64,000 bases of DNA from Paludibacteraceae bacterium (GCA_963647215.1 CAVIZK010000006.1:34766-98765); one strand, 5' to 3'; shown: positions 47,886 to 57,228, numbered from the stretch's first letter. Notes: generated by a model not told the origin, from the letters alone. Program-made: numbers and translations.

Positions 47886-47914
47886 TTGTTTGAACTCTCC
47901 TTTTGCATTATACT
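47886..47914 (+). promoter_or_regulatory. Putative fbp promoter
   Basis: TTGTTT, 17-nt spacer, TATACT, ending 29 nt upstream of ATG 47943. Confidence 0.35.
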
Positions 47915-47942
47915 GGAAGTAACTTGGAAAGGATGTGTTCCC

Positions 47943-49943
47943 ATGAATCGAAACCGGCCCATTTCGGAACAGGAATTGGACTATTTGCGCCTGCTGGCAA
48001 AAGAGTATCCCAACGAACAGGTTTGTGCAACTGAAATCATCAACCTGAATGCCATCCTTGGCTTACCAAAGCCAACGGAGCATTTTATGTCTGACCTGCA
48101 CGGGGAATACGAAGCCTTTACCCAGATCATGAGGAGCGCCTCCGGTGCCATCCGGGAAAAAATTGACATGCTGTATCAGGACAGTATGTCTTCCGAAGAG
48201 CGGGCGGAGCTTGCCACGTTAATTTATTATCCCAAAGAAAAAATGAAACAGATTCTTCCCTGGGTCAATGACAAGACCGAATGGTATGTACAAACCCTGC
48301 ACTATCTGATTGAAATCTGCCACTCCGTTTCTTTTAAATACACCCGTTCCAAGGTCCGGAAAGCCTTACCGGAAGAATATGCCTACGTTATTGATGAATT
48401 GCTGAATGCCGACTTTACCATGCACAACAAAATGGAATATTATGACACCATTTTAAATGGCATTATTGAAGTAGGAAAAGCCGAAGACTTTATCTGCGCC
48501 ATGTGCAATGTTATCAATTACCTGATTGTAGATAAAATCCATATTATCGGTGACATCTATGACCGCGGCCCGCGGGCAGACTACATCATGGATTCCCTGA
48601 TGGATCACCACAACGTGGACATCCAGTGGGGAAACCATGACATCATCTGGATGGGCGCCGCGGCGGGGTCCCCGGTGTGCATTCTGACCGTCCTGTCCAA
48701 TTCCATTCTGTATCACAACCTGGACGTAATTGAATTCGGATATGGAATCAGCCTGCGCCCGTTATACATCTTTGCCAATGACTATTATGGCCTGACGGAT
48801 GTTACCTGTTTTGCCACCCGCATTATGGATCCGAAGGACTTACAAAAATTAAGTGAAGTGGATTTGGAACGGACGGCCAGAATGTCCAAGGCCACCGACA
48901 TTTTATTGTTTAAGCTGATGGGACAGGTTATTTCCCGCAACCCGGATTTCCAAATGGATGACCGCCTGTTGCTGAACAATGTAGATTATGATTTAGCCAA
49001 GGTGGAAATTGACGGAAAAACCTACTCCATGCATGACTGTGATTTTCCAACCGTGGACATCTCCCACCCCTATCACATTACCGAAGCAGAGCAAAACTTA
49101 ATTGATGAATTGGTTTTGGCCTTCAAAAGCTCGGAACGGTTACAGCGCCATGTTCGTTATCTGTACTCCAACGGAAACATGTATAAACGGTACAATGGCA
49201 ACCTTCTGTTCCACGGCGGCATTCCCATGGACCCGGACGGCAACTTTACGCAAGTGGAATTTGATGGTGAACTTTACTCCGGCAAGCGCCTGCTGGACTA
49301 CTGTGAAAAGCAGGCCCGTAATGCTTACCATGCACCGGAAGGCTCTTCTGAGCGCCTGAAAGGCATGGATTTCTGCTGGTATCTGTGGTGTGGTCCTAAC
49401 TCGCCCTTATATGCCAGAAGCAAAATGACCACCTTTGAACGCCGGTTCCTTTCAGATAAATCTACCTGGGCGGAACAAAAAAATCCGTATTATCAGTTCA
49501 TCAACACCGCAGAAGGCTGCGAAAAAATTCTGCAGGAATTCGGCCTGACGGCGGATCATTGCCACATCATTAATGGCCATGTCCCGGTTCGTTCCAAAGA
49601 CGGAGAATCTCCGGTCAAAGGCAACGGAAAGCTGATTGTTATTGACGGTGGTTTCTCCAAGGCCTATCAGAAAACCACCGGCATTGCCGGCTACACCCTG
49701 ATTTACAACTCCAGACATATGGCCATTTCCGCGCATGAGCCTTTTGCCGGCAAGGAAACTGCCCTGAAGCAAAACAAGGACATTGTTTCCTCTGTCGTCA
49801 TTACGGAAGAGCTGGACCACCGCATTAAAATCCGGGAAACCGACATTGGCCAGCAGCTCCAAAAAAACGTAGACTACTTAAAGCAGCTGATTGAGGCCTA
49901 CCGTCAGGGCTACATTCAGGAACAACACAGAAAGAAAGGATAA
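47943..49943 (+). CDS. fbp: Fructose-1,6-bisphosphatase class 3
   Basis: About 666 aa. YLRLLAKEYPN N-terminus, FMSDLHGEYEAF, IIGDIYDRGP and WGNHD metallophosphoesterase blocks characteristic of Firmicutes class 3 FBPase. Trimmed to ATG 47943. Confidence 0.95.
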   Translation: MNRNRPISEQELDYLRLLAKEYPNEQVCATEIINLNAILGLPKPTEHFMSDLHGEYEAFTQIMRSASGAIREKIDMLYQDSMSSEERAELATLIYYPKEKMKQILPWVNDKTEWYVQTLHYLIEICHSVSFKYTRSKVRKALPEEYAYVIDELLNADFTMHNKMEYYDTILNGIIEVGKAEDFICAMCNVINYLIVDKIHIIGDIYDRGPRADYIMDSLMDHHNVDIQWGNHDIIWMGAAAGSPVCILTVLSNSILYHNLDVIEFGYGISLRPLYIFANDYYGLTDVTCFATRIMDPKDLQKLSEVDLERTARMSKATDILLFKLMGQVISRNPDFQMDDRLLLNNVDYDLAKVEIDGKTYSMHDCDFPTVDISHPYHITEAEQNLIDELVLAFKSSERLQRHVRYLYSNGNMYKRYNGNLLFHGGIPMDPDGNFTQVEFDGELYSGKRLLDYCEKQARNAYHAPEGSSERLKGMDFCWYLWCGPNSPLYARSKMTTFERRFLSDKSTWAEQKNPYYQFINTAEGCEKILQEFGLTADHCHIINGHVPVRSKDGESPVKGNGKLIVIDGGFSKAYQKTTGIAGYTLIYNSRHMAISAHEPFAGKETALKQNKDIVSSVVITEELDHRIKIRETDIGQQLQKNVDYLKQLIEAYRQGYIQEQHRKKG

Positions 49944-49946
49944 CGC

Positions 49947-50246
49947 ATGGAACGGGAACGAATTGATTTCAGCCAGGACCGCGTTGCCTTCCGCCCGGAC
50001 CGGCAAAGTCTCTTTTGCCAGACCTGCGGAACCAAAACGCAAATGCAAATCTTAGAAGCTTCTTTAGGAATGAATTCCTTTCAACTGGTCTTTGCCAACC
50101 ACACCAAGGATTTATACTTCTTCTGTCCGGAGTGCCACAGCGTTTACGCCTTGGATGATGGTAAACTTTGTGACCGCTTTGCAGATCATCCGGACCGCCA
50201 CATCGCAGAAGCAGAGCAGAAGCTCCGCTTTCTGTACCAATTGTAA
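49947..50246 (+). CDS. Small hypothetical protein with a CxxC...CxxC zinc-ribbon pattern
   Basis: 99 aa with CQTCGTK and CPECHS. Starts 3 nt after the fbp stop. Confidence 0.5.
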   Translation: MERERIDFSQDRVAFRPDRQSLFCQTCGTKTQMQILEASLGMNSFQLVFANHTKDLYFFCPECHSVYALDDGKLCDRFADHPDRHIAEAEQKLRFLYQL

Positions 50247-50269
50247 CCAGCCCGTTAAACAAAGAAAAC

Positions 50270-50322
50270 GAAATACAAAAAGTAAGAAGCCCGCTACAGA
50301 CTACTTTCTGCAGCGGGCTTCC
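50270..50322 (-). terminator. Intrinsic terminator of the regulator-rubrerythrin operon
   Basis: Minus-strand hairpin GAAGCCCGCTGCAGA...TCTGTAGCGGGCTTC (one mismatch) followed by TTACTTTTTGTATTT. Confidence 0.6.
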
Positions 50323-50356
50323 CTATATGCTCCTACCTATAAAACGGGAGAACTTA

Positions 50357-50950
50357 TTATTTGAAATAACGGTTCAGCATGCCTTCCAAAGCTTTGCCGT
50401 GGCGGGCTTCGTCTCTGGCCATTTCATGAACGGTGTCATGGATGGCGTCCAGGCCGTTCTTCTTGGCGCAGGTAGCAAGGTCTACTTTGCCGGCGGTGGC
50501 ACCATATTCGCAATCTACTCTCCAGGCAAGGTTGTCCTTGGTGGAAGCAGTCATCTTCGGTTCCAGGTCAGAGCCAAGCAGCTCTGCAAATTTGGCAGCG
50601 TGTTCTGCTTCTTCATAAGCAGCCTTTTCCCAGTAAAGACCAATTTCCGGATAGCCTTCTCTGTGGGCAATTCTTGCCATACACAGATACATGCCGACTT
50701 CGGAGCATTCGCCGTTGAAGTTGGCAACCAGCTGTTCATAGATGTATTTCTTGTCTTCTTCGGAAATGTCCGGGTTGTTCTTTACGGTCTTTTCATAAAT
50801 GCCAAATTCATGTTCTGCAGCCAGTTTCATGTCCCCTACTACTTCCTTGAATTTGTCAGCTCCAACATGACAAACCGGGCAGGTGAAATCTGCCGGAAGG
50901 GATTCGCCTTCATAAACATAACCGCAAACAGTACATACAAATTTCTTCAT
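50357..50950 (-). CDS. Reverse rubrerythrin (N-terminal rubredoxin-like domain plus ferritin-like di-iron domain)
   Basis: [12 protein letters not shown]...FTCPVCH rubredoxin motif at the N-terminus, then ExxH di-iron ligand motifs ([16 protein letters not shown]). Trimmed to ATG 50950 after GGAGGT. Confidence 0.9.
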   Translation of the reverse strand: MKKFVCTVCGYVYEGESLPADFTCPVCHVGADKFKEVVGDMKLAAEHEFGIYEKTVKNNPDISEEDKKYIYEQLVANFNGECSEVGMYLCMARIAHREGYPEIGLYWEKAAYEEAEHAAKFAELLGSDLEPKMTASTKDNLAWRVDCEYGATAGKVDLATCAKKNGLDAIHDTVHEMARDEARHGKALEGMLNRYFK

Positions 50951-50977
50951 AATAAATACCTCCAAAATACATTCTGA

Positions 50978-51376
50978 TCAAACATCATTTAACGGGAGTT
51001 CCCGTTGTTTACACTGCGAACAGATACCGTTAAAGGTTAAATCATAGGAATCCAGGTTGGGATCCTGCTCCAGAATCTTTTCTACCCCGGGAATGCTTGG
51101 CACCGGATAATCATAAATCCGGTTGCAGGAATAACAGTACAGATGGTAATGCAGGGATACATCCGCATCAAAGTGATCTGCGGTTTCCGCATGCAAAATC
51201 CGTACCTGCCCGGCGGCAGCCAACTGTTTCAGGTTCCGATATACCGTTGCCAGACTGATATTGGGAACGGTCTCTTTAACAGAATCATACAGTTCTTCTG
51301 CAGTGGGATGATCATATCGAGAAGACAGGTTGGCATAAATGGCGTCTCTTTGTTTGCTTTGTCTTAGCTTGGCCAC
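50978..51376 (-). CDS. Fur-family metalloregulator (PerR-like by context)
   Basis: Winged-helix region ISLATVYRNL, HxH region and two CxxC pairs (CYSC, CSQC). GTG start after GGAGGG. Lies directly upstream of rubrerythrin. Confidence 0.85.
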   Translation of the reverse strand: MAKLRQSKQRDAIYANLSSRYDHPTAEELYDSVKETVPNISLATVYRNLKQLAAAGQVRILHAETADHFDADVSLHYHLYCYSCNRIYDYPVPSIPGVEKILEQDPNLDSYDLTFNGICSQCKQRELPLNDV

Positions 51377-51392
51377 TTGGCTCCCTCCTTAT

Positions 51393-51407
51393 CGATAATG
51401 ATTATCA
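51393..51407. promoter_or_regulatory. Fur-family 7-1-7 box cGATAAT-G-ATTATCa in the regulator's own promoter region
   Basis: Perfect GATAAT-G-ATTATC palindrome 17 nt upstream of the GTG start, adjacent to the TATTAT/TATAAA -10-like elements on the minus strand. Confidence 0.6.
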
Positions 51408-51423
51408 TTTATAATATAGCATG

Positions 51424-51468
51424 AAAAAACGGAAAAGCAAGCATTTTTCTGCTACTTTTCCGCTTTTT
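51424..51468. terminator. Bidirectional intrinsic terminator after argD
   Basis: CGGAAAAG...CTTTTCCG stem with A6 upstream and T5 downstream. On the minus strand it is followed by TTTTTT. Confidence 0.65.
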
Positions 51469-51531
51469 ATCAAAAATTAGACCAGGCTTACTGCCCTCTG
51501 GCGAGTCAGCTTTTTTCTTTCTTTCCCCAGC

Positions 51532-52704
51532 TTACGCCTTCAGCAGTCCCGCCATAATTTCCAGGCCCTTCTCCAGTTCTTCCTGGCTGATGGTCAGCGG
51601 CGGAAGAAGGCGGAGTGTGTTCTGACCGGCGGTCAGAACCAGCAGGCCGCGCTCCATGAGTGCTTTGGCAAGGTCCTTGTTGACGACACCGTCTAAGCCG
51701 ATGCCGATCATCAGGCCCATGCCCCGAACCGACGTAACAAAGTCACAGTTCCAGGAAGCAATCTGCTGTCTGATGTAGTCTCCCTTTTTGGTAACTTCTG
51801 CAATAACGTCATCCGTCAGAACGTCCAAGACAACATTGGCAGAAGCGCAGGCAACCGGGTTACCGCCGAAAGTAGAGCCGTGGTCTCCCGGGCCCAAAAC
51901 GTTAACCAGATCCGGGCTGCAGATAAAGCCACCCATTGGCAGTCCGCCTGCAATTCCCTTGGCAAAGGAAACCACATCCGGCTGAATTTCATAATTCATA
52001 TAGGCAAACAGTTTTCCGGTTCTGCCGATACCGGTTTGTACTTCATCAATTAACAGGAGCAGGTCATGCTCTTTGCAATAGGCAGCTACTTTCTGGACAT
52101 ATTCCTTGTCCATTGGCATAACGCCGCCTTCGCCCTGAATCAGCTCCAGCATAATGGCACAGGTGTCATCCTTTACCTGCGCAATTAACGCATCATAATC
52201 ATTGGCCGGTGCATAAGAGAACCCAGGCGTAAACGGCATGAAGAATTCATGGAAATGATCCTGGCCGGTAGCCTTCAATGTGGTAATTGTTCTTCCGTGG
52301 AAGGAGTTCAGCAGGGTTAAGATAGTGGATCGCCCGTCACCATACTTGTCAAAGCTGTACTTTCTGGCAAGCTTGACCATGCCCTCATTGGCTTCGGCTC
52401 CGGAATTGCCAAAGAAAACAGCACCCATGCCGGTTCTTTCCACCAGCTTTTCTGCCACCTGTGCACAAGGCGCAGTGTAGTACAGATTGGAAATGTGTGC
52501 CAGTTTGGAAATCTGTTCCGAAACAGCGGCAATCTGCTTTTCGTTGGCATAGCCAATGGAAGAAACACCAATGCCGGAGGTAAAGTCAATATAGGAATTG
52601 CCCTTATCATCATACAAAGTAGCGCCCTTGCCGTGATCAATCAGAAGATCATTTCTGGCGTAGGTGTGCATTACATACTTCTTGTCTAATTCTTTGATAT
52701 CCAT
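51532..52704 (-). CDS. argD: Acetylornithine aminotransferase
   Basis: Class III aminotransferase blocks (NSGAEANEG, DEVQTGIGRTG, and SFAKGIAGG carrying the PLP lysine). Start ATG 52704 overlaps the argB stop by 1 nt (TAATG). Confidence 0.9.
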   Translation of the reverse strand: MDIKELDKKYVMHTYARNDLLIDHGKGATLYDDKGNSYIDFTSGIGVSSIGYANEKQIAAVSEQISKLAHISNLYYTAPCAQVAEKLVERTGMGAVFFGNSGAEANEGMVKLARKYSFDKYGDGRSTILTLLNSFHGRTITTLKATGQDHFHEFFMPFTPGFSYAPANDYDALIAQVKDDTCAIMLELIQGEGGVMPMDKEYVQKVAAYCKEHDLLLLIDEVQTGIGRTGKLFAYMNYEIQPDVVSFAKGIAGGLPMGGFICSPDLVNVLGPGDHGSTFGGNPVACASANVVLDVLTDDVIAEVTKKGDYIRQQIASWNCDFVTSVRGMGLMIGIGLDGVVNKDLAKALMERGLLVLTAGQNTLRLLPPLTISQEELEKGLEIMAGLLKA

Positions 52705-53588
52705 TATACCTTGTCCTCTCCTCTCCAAATCATGGTGCCGATACCCTTGTGGGACAGCAATTCAATCAAAATGGAATGCGGATTTCTGCCGTCCAGAATA
52801 TGGGTTCGTTCCACGCCCATTTCCAGTGCTCTTTGACAGCAATCTACTTTCGGAATCATGCCGCCGGTTAAGATGCCGCTTTCCTTTAAGTTATCAATTT
52901 CATCCAAACGGATCTGGCGGATCAGGCTGCTTGGATCTTTCGGATCCCGCAATACGCCTTCTACATCCGTCATCAGGATCAGCTTGGTTGCACCAACAGC
53001 AACGGCAATTTCGGCCGCTGCAGTGTCTGCATTAATGTTATAACAGGTGTTTCCGTCCAGACCGGCTGCCACAGTGGAAACCACTGGGATGGCGTCCTTA
53101 GCCAGAATAATTTTAATGATATCCGGGTCTACGCCGACAATTTCACCGACCAGACCGTAGTCATAGCCGTCTCCTTTGTCCAGCTTTACAGCCGTAATAA
53201 AGTTGTCATCCATGCCGCAAATACCAACGGCGTGACCGCCAACGTGGTTAATCTTGGTAACCAGGTTTTTATTCACTTTACCGGCCAGAACAGACTGTAC
53301 CACATCCATGGTTTCTTCGTCTGTATAACGAAGTCCGTTAACAAACTTGGACTGATGGCCGATTTTTTCCAGCATAGCGTTGATTTCAGGGCCACCGCCG
53401 TGCACCAGAATAACTTTAATTCCGACCAGGGAAAGCAGTACTACGTCGTGAATGACTGCATCGAACAGGTCGGGAGAAATCATGGCGTTGCCGCCGTATT
53501 TTACAACAACTGTCTTACCGGAGTACCGTTGAATATAAGGCAGCGCTTCTACTAAAATTTTTGCTTTATCTGCAGATGAAATTTCCAT
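52704..53588 (-). CDS. argB: Acetylglutamate kinase
   Basis: VVKYGGNAM, VHGGGPEI and NINADTAA motifs. Trimmed to ATG 53588 after AAGGAGG. Confidence 0.92.
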   Translation of the reverse strand: MEISSADKAKILVEALPYIQRYSGKTVVVKYGGNAMISPDLFDAVIHDVVLLSLVGIKVILVHGGGPEINAMLEKIGHQSKFVNGLRYTDEETMDVVQSVLAGKVNKNLVTKINHVGGHAVGICGMDDNFITAVKLDKGDGYDYGLVGEIVGVDPDIIKIILAKDAIPVVSTVAAGLDGNTCYNINADTAAAEIAVAVGATKLILMTDVEGVLRDPKDPSSLIRQIRLDEIDNLKESGILTGGMIPKVDCCQRALEMGVERTHILDGRNPHSILIELLSHKGIGTMIWRGEDKV

Positions 53589-53601
53589 ATGCCCTGCCTC
53601 C

Positions 53602-54822
53602 TTAGGTGCGGTAATCCCCGTTAATTTTAACGTAATCATAGGTCAGGTCACAGCCCCAGCAGGTTGCGGAGCCGTCCCCTTCTGCTAAGGAAATCTGAAT
53701 AATAACTTCCTTTTCCGAAAGAACCTTGGTGGCCAGTTCTTCGTCAAACGGAATGCCCTTGCCGCCTTCGCAAACCGGAACGGTGCCGGCAGCAGAAGCA
53801 AAGCTGATTTTGGCTCCGGAAGGCTTGAATTCCGCTCCGGAGTAACCCATGGCGCAGAGAATTCTGCCCCAGTTGGCATCCTTTCCGAACACAGCAGCCT
53901 TGGTTAAAGAAGAGGAAATTACGCTCTTTCCCAGCTGCTCTGCCGTGGCTTCGTCTTTGGCGCCGGTAACTTCACAGGTAATCAGGTGCGTTGCCCCTTC
54001 TCCGTCTGCGGCCATTTCTCTGGCCAGTTCAACACAGAGGGCATTTAACACCTCTGTGAAGGTCTGATAATCTGCGTTCTTTTCCGCAATGGCCTGGTTT
54101 TCTGCCATGCCGTTTGCCAGGAGAATGCAGCTGTCATTGGTAGACATGTCCCCGTCTACACTGATGCGGTTAAAGCTTTTGGAAACCGCTTCCTGCAAGG
54201 CTTCCTTCAGCAGGTCTTTCTGAATGGCCACATCCGTAGTCAGGTAACAGAGCATGGTACCCATGTGCGGATGAATCATGCCGGAGCCCTTGGAAATACC
54301 GCCTAAATGGCAGGTCTTTCCGCCCAGTTCAAATTCATAGGCCAGTTCTTTCTTTACGGTATCGGTAGTCATAATGGCGTGTGCTACGTCATCAGAGCCG
54401 TTGGGGTTCAGGCCGTGAACCAGTTCCGGAAGTGCCGCTTCAATGGCCTCTACGTTTAAACGAACGCCAATGACACCGGTGGAAGAAACCAAAACGTCTT
54501 CTTCCCGCAGGTTCAGCGCTTTGGAAACCATCTGGCATTCCTGCGTGGCGGTCTCTATTCCTTCCGGGGCACAGGCATTGGCGATGTAGCTGTTTACAAT
54601 AACTGCCTGGGCAACCCCGTTTTCCAAGTGCTGTTGATCCAGAACAACCGGATCTGCTTTTACCAGGTTGCTGGTAAACAAACCGGCAGCACTGCAAAGC
54701 ACTTCGGAATAAATCAGTCCCAAATCCTTTCTGGACGGATTGGACGTTGCTTTAATACCGGCGTGCAAACCGTTGGCCAGAAATCCTTTGGCGGCGCAAA
54801 TGCCGCCTTCTATCTTCTTCAT
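53602..54822 (-). CDS. argJ: Bifunctional ornithine acetyltransferase / N-acetylglutamate synthase
   Basis: GFLANGLHAGIK and the autoprocessing-site region MLCYLTTD (ATML-type), C-terminus DLTYDYVKINGDYRT. Trimmed to ATG 54822 after AAGGAG. Confidence 0.92.
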   Translation of the reverse strand: MKKIEGGICAAKGFLANGLHAGIKATSNPSRKDLGLIYSEVLCSAAGLFTSNLVKADPVVLDQQHLENGVAQAVIVNSYIANACAPEGIETATQECQMVSKALNLREEDVLVSSTGVIGVRLNVEAIEAALPELVHGLNPNGSDDVAHAIMTTDTVKKELAYEFELGGKTCHLGGISKGSGMIHPHMGTMLCYLTTDVAIQKDLLKEALQEAVSKSFNRISVDGDMSTNDSCILLANGMAENQAIAEKNADYQTFTEVLNALCVELAREMAADGEGATHLITCEVTGAKDEATAEQLGKSVISSSLTKAAVFGKDANWGRILCAMGYSGAEFKPSGAKISFASAAGTVPVCEGGKGIPFDEELATKVLSEKEVIIQISLAEGDGSATCWGCDLTYDYVKINGDYRT

Positions 54823-54833
54823 GTTGTACTCCT

Positions 54834-55766
54834 TCATACCAGGCCTTCTGTTTCCGGGAAGCCTAACATCAGATTCATGTTCTGAACAGCTGCGCCGGAA
54901 GCGCCCTTTCCAAGATTATCAAAGCGGGAAACCAAAACCATACGGTCTTCGTTTCCACAGACTGTAATTTCCAATTGATTGGTACCGGCAAATTGATTTG
55001 CCGGCAGGAAGCCGCTTGTGGCTACTTCTTCTGCAACGGTAATCAGCGCCGTATTGCGATAATATTCAAACAGCATGTCCCGAATCTGTTCCGGCTTATA
55101 GCCATGAACCTGGGAACCATGCAGCGGAATGGAAACTTCCATGCCCTTGTAGTACTGATCAACAATAGGGCAAAAGACAGGAGCTTCTGTCAGTCCGCAA
55201 ACCTGCTGCATTTCCGGCAGGTGCTTATGATTGCCGTTTAAGCCGTACTGACGGGGCGCATCCAGTGCCACGTCCCGATCCGGCGCTTCATATTCGGCAA
55301 TCATATTTTTCCCGCCGCCGGAGTAGCCGGTCAGGGAAAAAGCCGTCAGCGGCGTATCCGCGGGAAGAATGTCCAGCTTTACCAGGGGATACACAATGGA
55401 AATGAATCCGGTGGCATGACAGCCCGGATTGGCCACCCGTCCGGCATTCTGAATATGTTGTCTTCGTTCATAGGAAAGCTCCGGAAAACCGTAGGCCCAA
55501 TCCGGGTTTACGCGGTGCGCCGTGGACGCGTCAATGACGCGGGTATCCGGGTTTTCAATCAGGCTGACGGCTTCCCTGGCCGCCTGGTCCGGCAGGCACA
55601 GAAAAACCAAATCTGCCCGGTTTAAATACTCTTTTCGCAGGGCAGGATCTCTTCGTTGTTCTTCCGGAATCAGCAAAAGCTGAATGTCAGAGCGGAAGCC
55701 CAGGCGATCATAAATTTGCAGGCCTGTTGTCCCGGATTTTCCGTCTATGTAAACAATCGGTTTCAA
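54834..55766 (-). CDS. argC: N-acetyl-gamma-glutamyl-phosphate reductase (short form)
   Basis: IDGKSGTTGLQI N-terminus, active-site region NPGCHATG, C-terminus DNLGKGASGAAVQNMN. TTG start at 55766 after GGGGAGGA. Confidence 0.9.
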   Translation of the reverse strand: MKPIVYIDGKSGTTGLQIYDRLGFRSDIQLLLIPEEQRRDPALRKEYLNRADLVFLCLPDQAAREAVSLIENPDTRVIDASTAHRVNPDWAYGFPELSYERRQHIQNAGRVANPGCHATGFISIVYPLVKLDILPADTPLTAFSLTGYSGGGKNMIAEYEAPDRDVALDAPRQYGLNGNHKHLPEMQQVCGLTEAPVFCPIVDQYYKGMEVSIPLHGSQVHGYKPEQIRDMLFEYYRNTALITVAEEVATSGFLPANQFAGTNQLEITVCGNEDRMVLVSRFDNLGKGASGAAVQNMNLMLGFPETEGLV

Positions 55767-55832
55767 AAAAGGTCCTCCCCTGTTTTGTAGTATAGGTATG
55801 ATAATACAAAAGCATGGTATCTTCAAGTTATA

Positions 55833-55850
55833 TTTGCATATAAATTCAAT
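55833..55850. promoter_or_regulatory. ARG box (ArgR operator), one mismatch: TTTGCATATAAATTCAAT
   Basis: Matches the 18-bp ARG-box consensus TNTGAATWWWWATTCANW except C for A at position 5. Upstream of argC. Confidence 0.55.
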
Positions 55851-55864
55851 AAATTCCCAATTTA

Positions 55865-55882
55865 TTTGAATATTTATTCAAT
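55865..55882. promoter_or_regulatory. ARG box (ArgR operator), perfect match: TTTGAATATTTATTCAAT
   Basis: Fits TNTGAATWWWWATTCANW at all defined positions. Centre-to-centre distance to the first box is 32 bp. argR is encoded at 58924-59382. Confidence 0.65.
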
Positions 55883-55907
55883 TTATTCTGTATAAAACAG
55901 AAGTAAT

Positions 55908-55938
55908 GGGTCTGTTTTGCAACAGACCCACATTTTTT
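55908..55938. terminator. Hairpin terminator at the tyrS 3' end
   Basis: GGGTCTGTT-ttgc-AACAGACCC flanked by an A/T run (T6 on the + strand, A6 on the minus strand overlapping the tyrS stop). The minus-strand U-tract is weak. Confidence 0.45.
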
Positions 55939-57190
55939 ATTCCATGCTTACCTTATGGTAAACCTTCTTGCCCTTCTTCAGAACAATACCGGCTTTCAGT
56001 GCATCTTCTGTAAAGGTGGTGAACGGATCTGTTACCTTGTCACCGTCTACGGAAATGCCACCCTGCTGTACCAGACGTCTGCCTTCGCCCTTGGAAGAAC
56101 AGATACCTGTCTTTACCAGCAGATCCAATACCGGAATGGCACCGTCTGTCAGATCAGCACCGGTCAAAACCGTGCTTGGCATATCTTCAGAATTGCCGGC
56201 GCCGGAGAACAGGGCTCTTGCTGTATTCTGTGCCTTTACAGCTTCTTCTTCCCCGTGCACCAGCTTGGTCAGTTCATAAGCCAGAATTTCTTTGGCGGTA
56301 TTCAACTGACTGCCTTCCCAGGAGTCCATAGCGTCAATTTCTTCCAGCGGAAGGAAGGTCAGCATACGGATACATTTCAGGACATCATCGTCTCCGACAT
56401 TTCTCCAGTATTGATAGAATTCGTACGGCGAGGTTTTTTCCGGATCCAGCCAAACAGCACCGGATGCGGTTTTACCCATCTTCTTACCTTCGGAGTTCAT
56501 CAGAAGCGTAATGGTCATGGCATAGGCGTCCTTACCCAGCTTCTTCCGGATAAGTTCGGTACCGCCCAACATGTTGGACCATTGGTCATCTCCGCCGAAC
56601 TGCATGTTACAGCCGTATTCCTTGAACAGATGATAGAAGTCATAGGACTGCATGATCATGTAGTTGAATTCCAGGAAGGAAAGTCCTCTTTCCATGCGCT
56701 GCTTATAGCATTCTGCACGGAGCATATTATTAACAGAGAAACAGGCGCCGACATCCCGCAGAAGTTCAATGTAGTTCAGCTTTAACAGCCAGTCTGCGTT
56801 GTTCACCATAATGGCTTTATCCGGGCCAAATTCAATAAACCGTTCCATCTGCTTTTTAAAGCAGTCACAGTTGTGTTGAATCATTTCCGGGGTCATCATG
56901 GAACGCATGTCAGTCCGTCCGGACGGGTCACCAATATAACCGGTACCACCGCCAATCAGGACAACCGGTGTATTACCGGCCATCTGCAGCCGCTTCATCA
57001 GGCAAAGCGCCATGAAGTGACCAACGTGCAGGCTGTCTGCAGTCGGGTCAAAGCCAATATAGAATTTTGCCTTACCGGCATTGACCAATTCTCTGATTTC
57101 CTCTTCATCTGTTACCTGGGCAATCAAGCCACGGGCAACCAGTTCTTCATAGATTTCTATCGAACTCATCCTTTCTTTTTTGCGATTCAT
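55937..57190 (-). CDS. tyrS: Tyrosine--tRNA ligase
   Basis: HIGH motif (SLHVGH), KMSKS motif (KMGKT), C-terminal S4-like domain. The alternative start at 57169 (MSSIEIYEEL...) is equally plausible. Confidence 0.95.
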   Translation of the reverse strand: MNRKKERMSSIEIYEELVARGLIAQVTDEEEIRELVNAGKAKFYIGFDPTADSLHVGHFMALCLMKRLQMAGNTPVVLIGGGTGYIGDPSGRTDMRSMMTPEMIQHNCDCFKKQMERFIEFGPDKAIMVNNADWLLKLNYIELLRDVGACFSVNNMLRAECYKQRMERGLSFLEFNYMIMQSYDFYHLFKEYGCNMQFGGDDQWSNMLGGTELIRKKLGKDAYAMTITLLMNSEGKKMGKTASGAVWLDPEKTSPYEFYQYWRNVGDDDVLKCIRMLTFLPLEEIDAMDSWEGSQLNTAKEILAYELTKLVHGEEEAVKAQNTARALFSGAGNSEDMPSTVLTGADLTDGAIPVLDLLVKTGICSSKGEGRRLVQQGGISVDGDKVTDPFTTFTEDALKAGIVLKKGKKVYHKVSME

Positions 57191-57228
57191 CAGATGCTAA
57201 ATAAATGTAGCTTTTTACCTTTGAAAAG

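Noticed and set aside
55955-56785. 276-aa + strand ORF
   Set aside because: It is antisense to tyrS, so I treat it as a shadow ORF.
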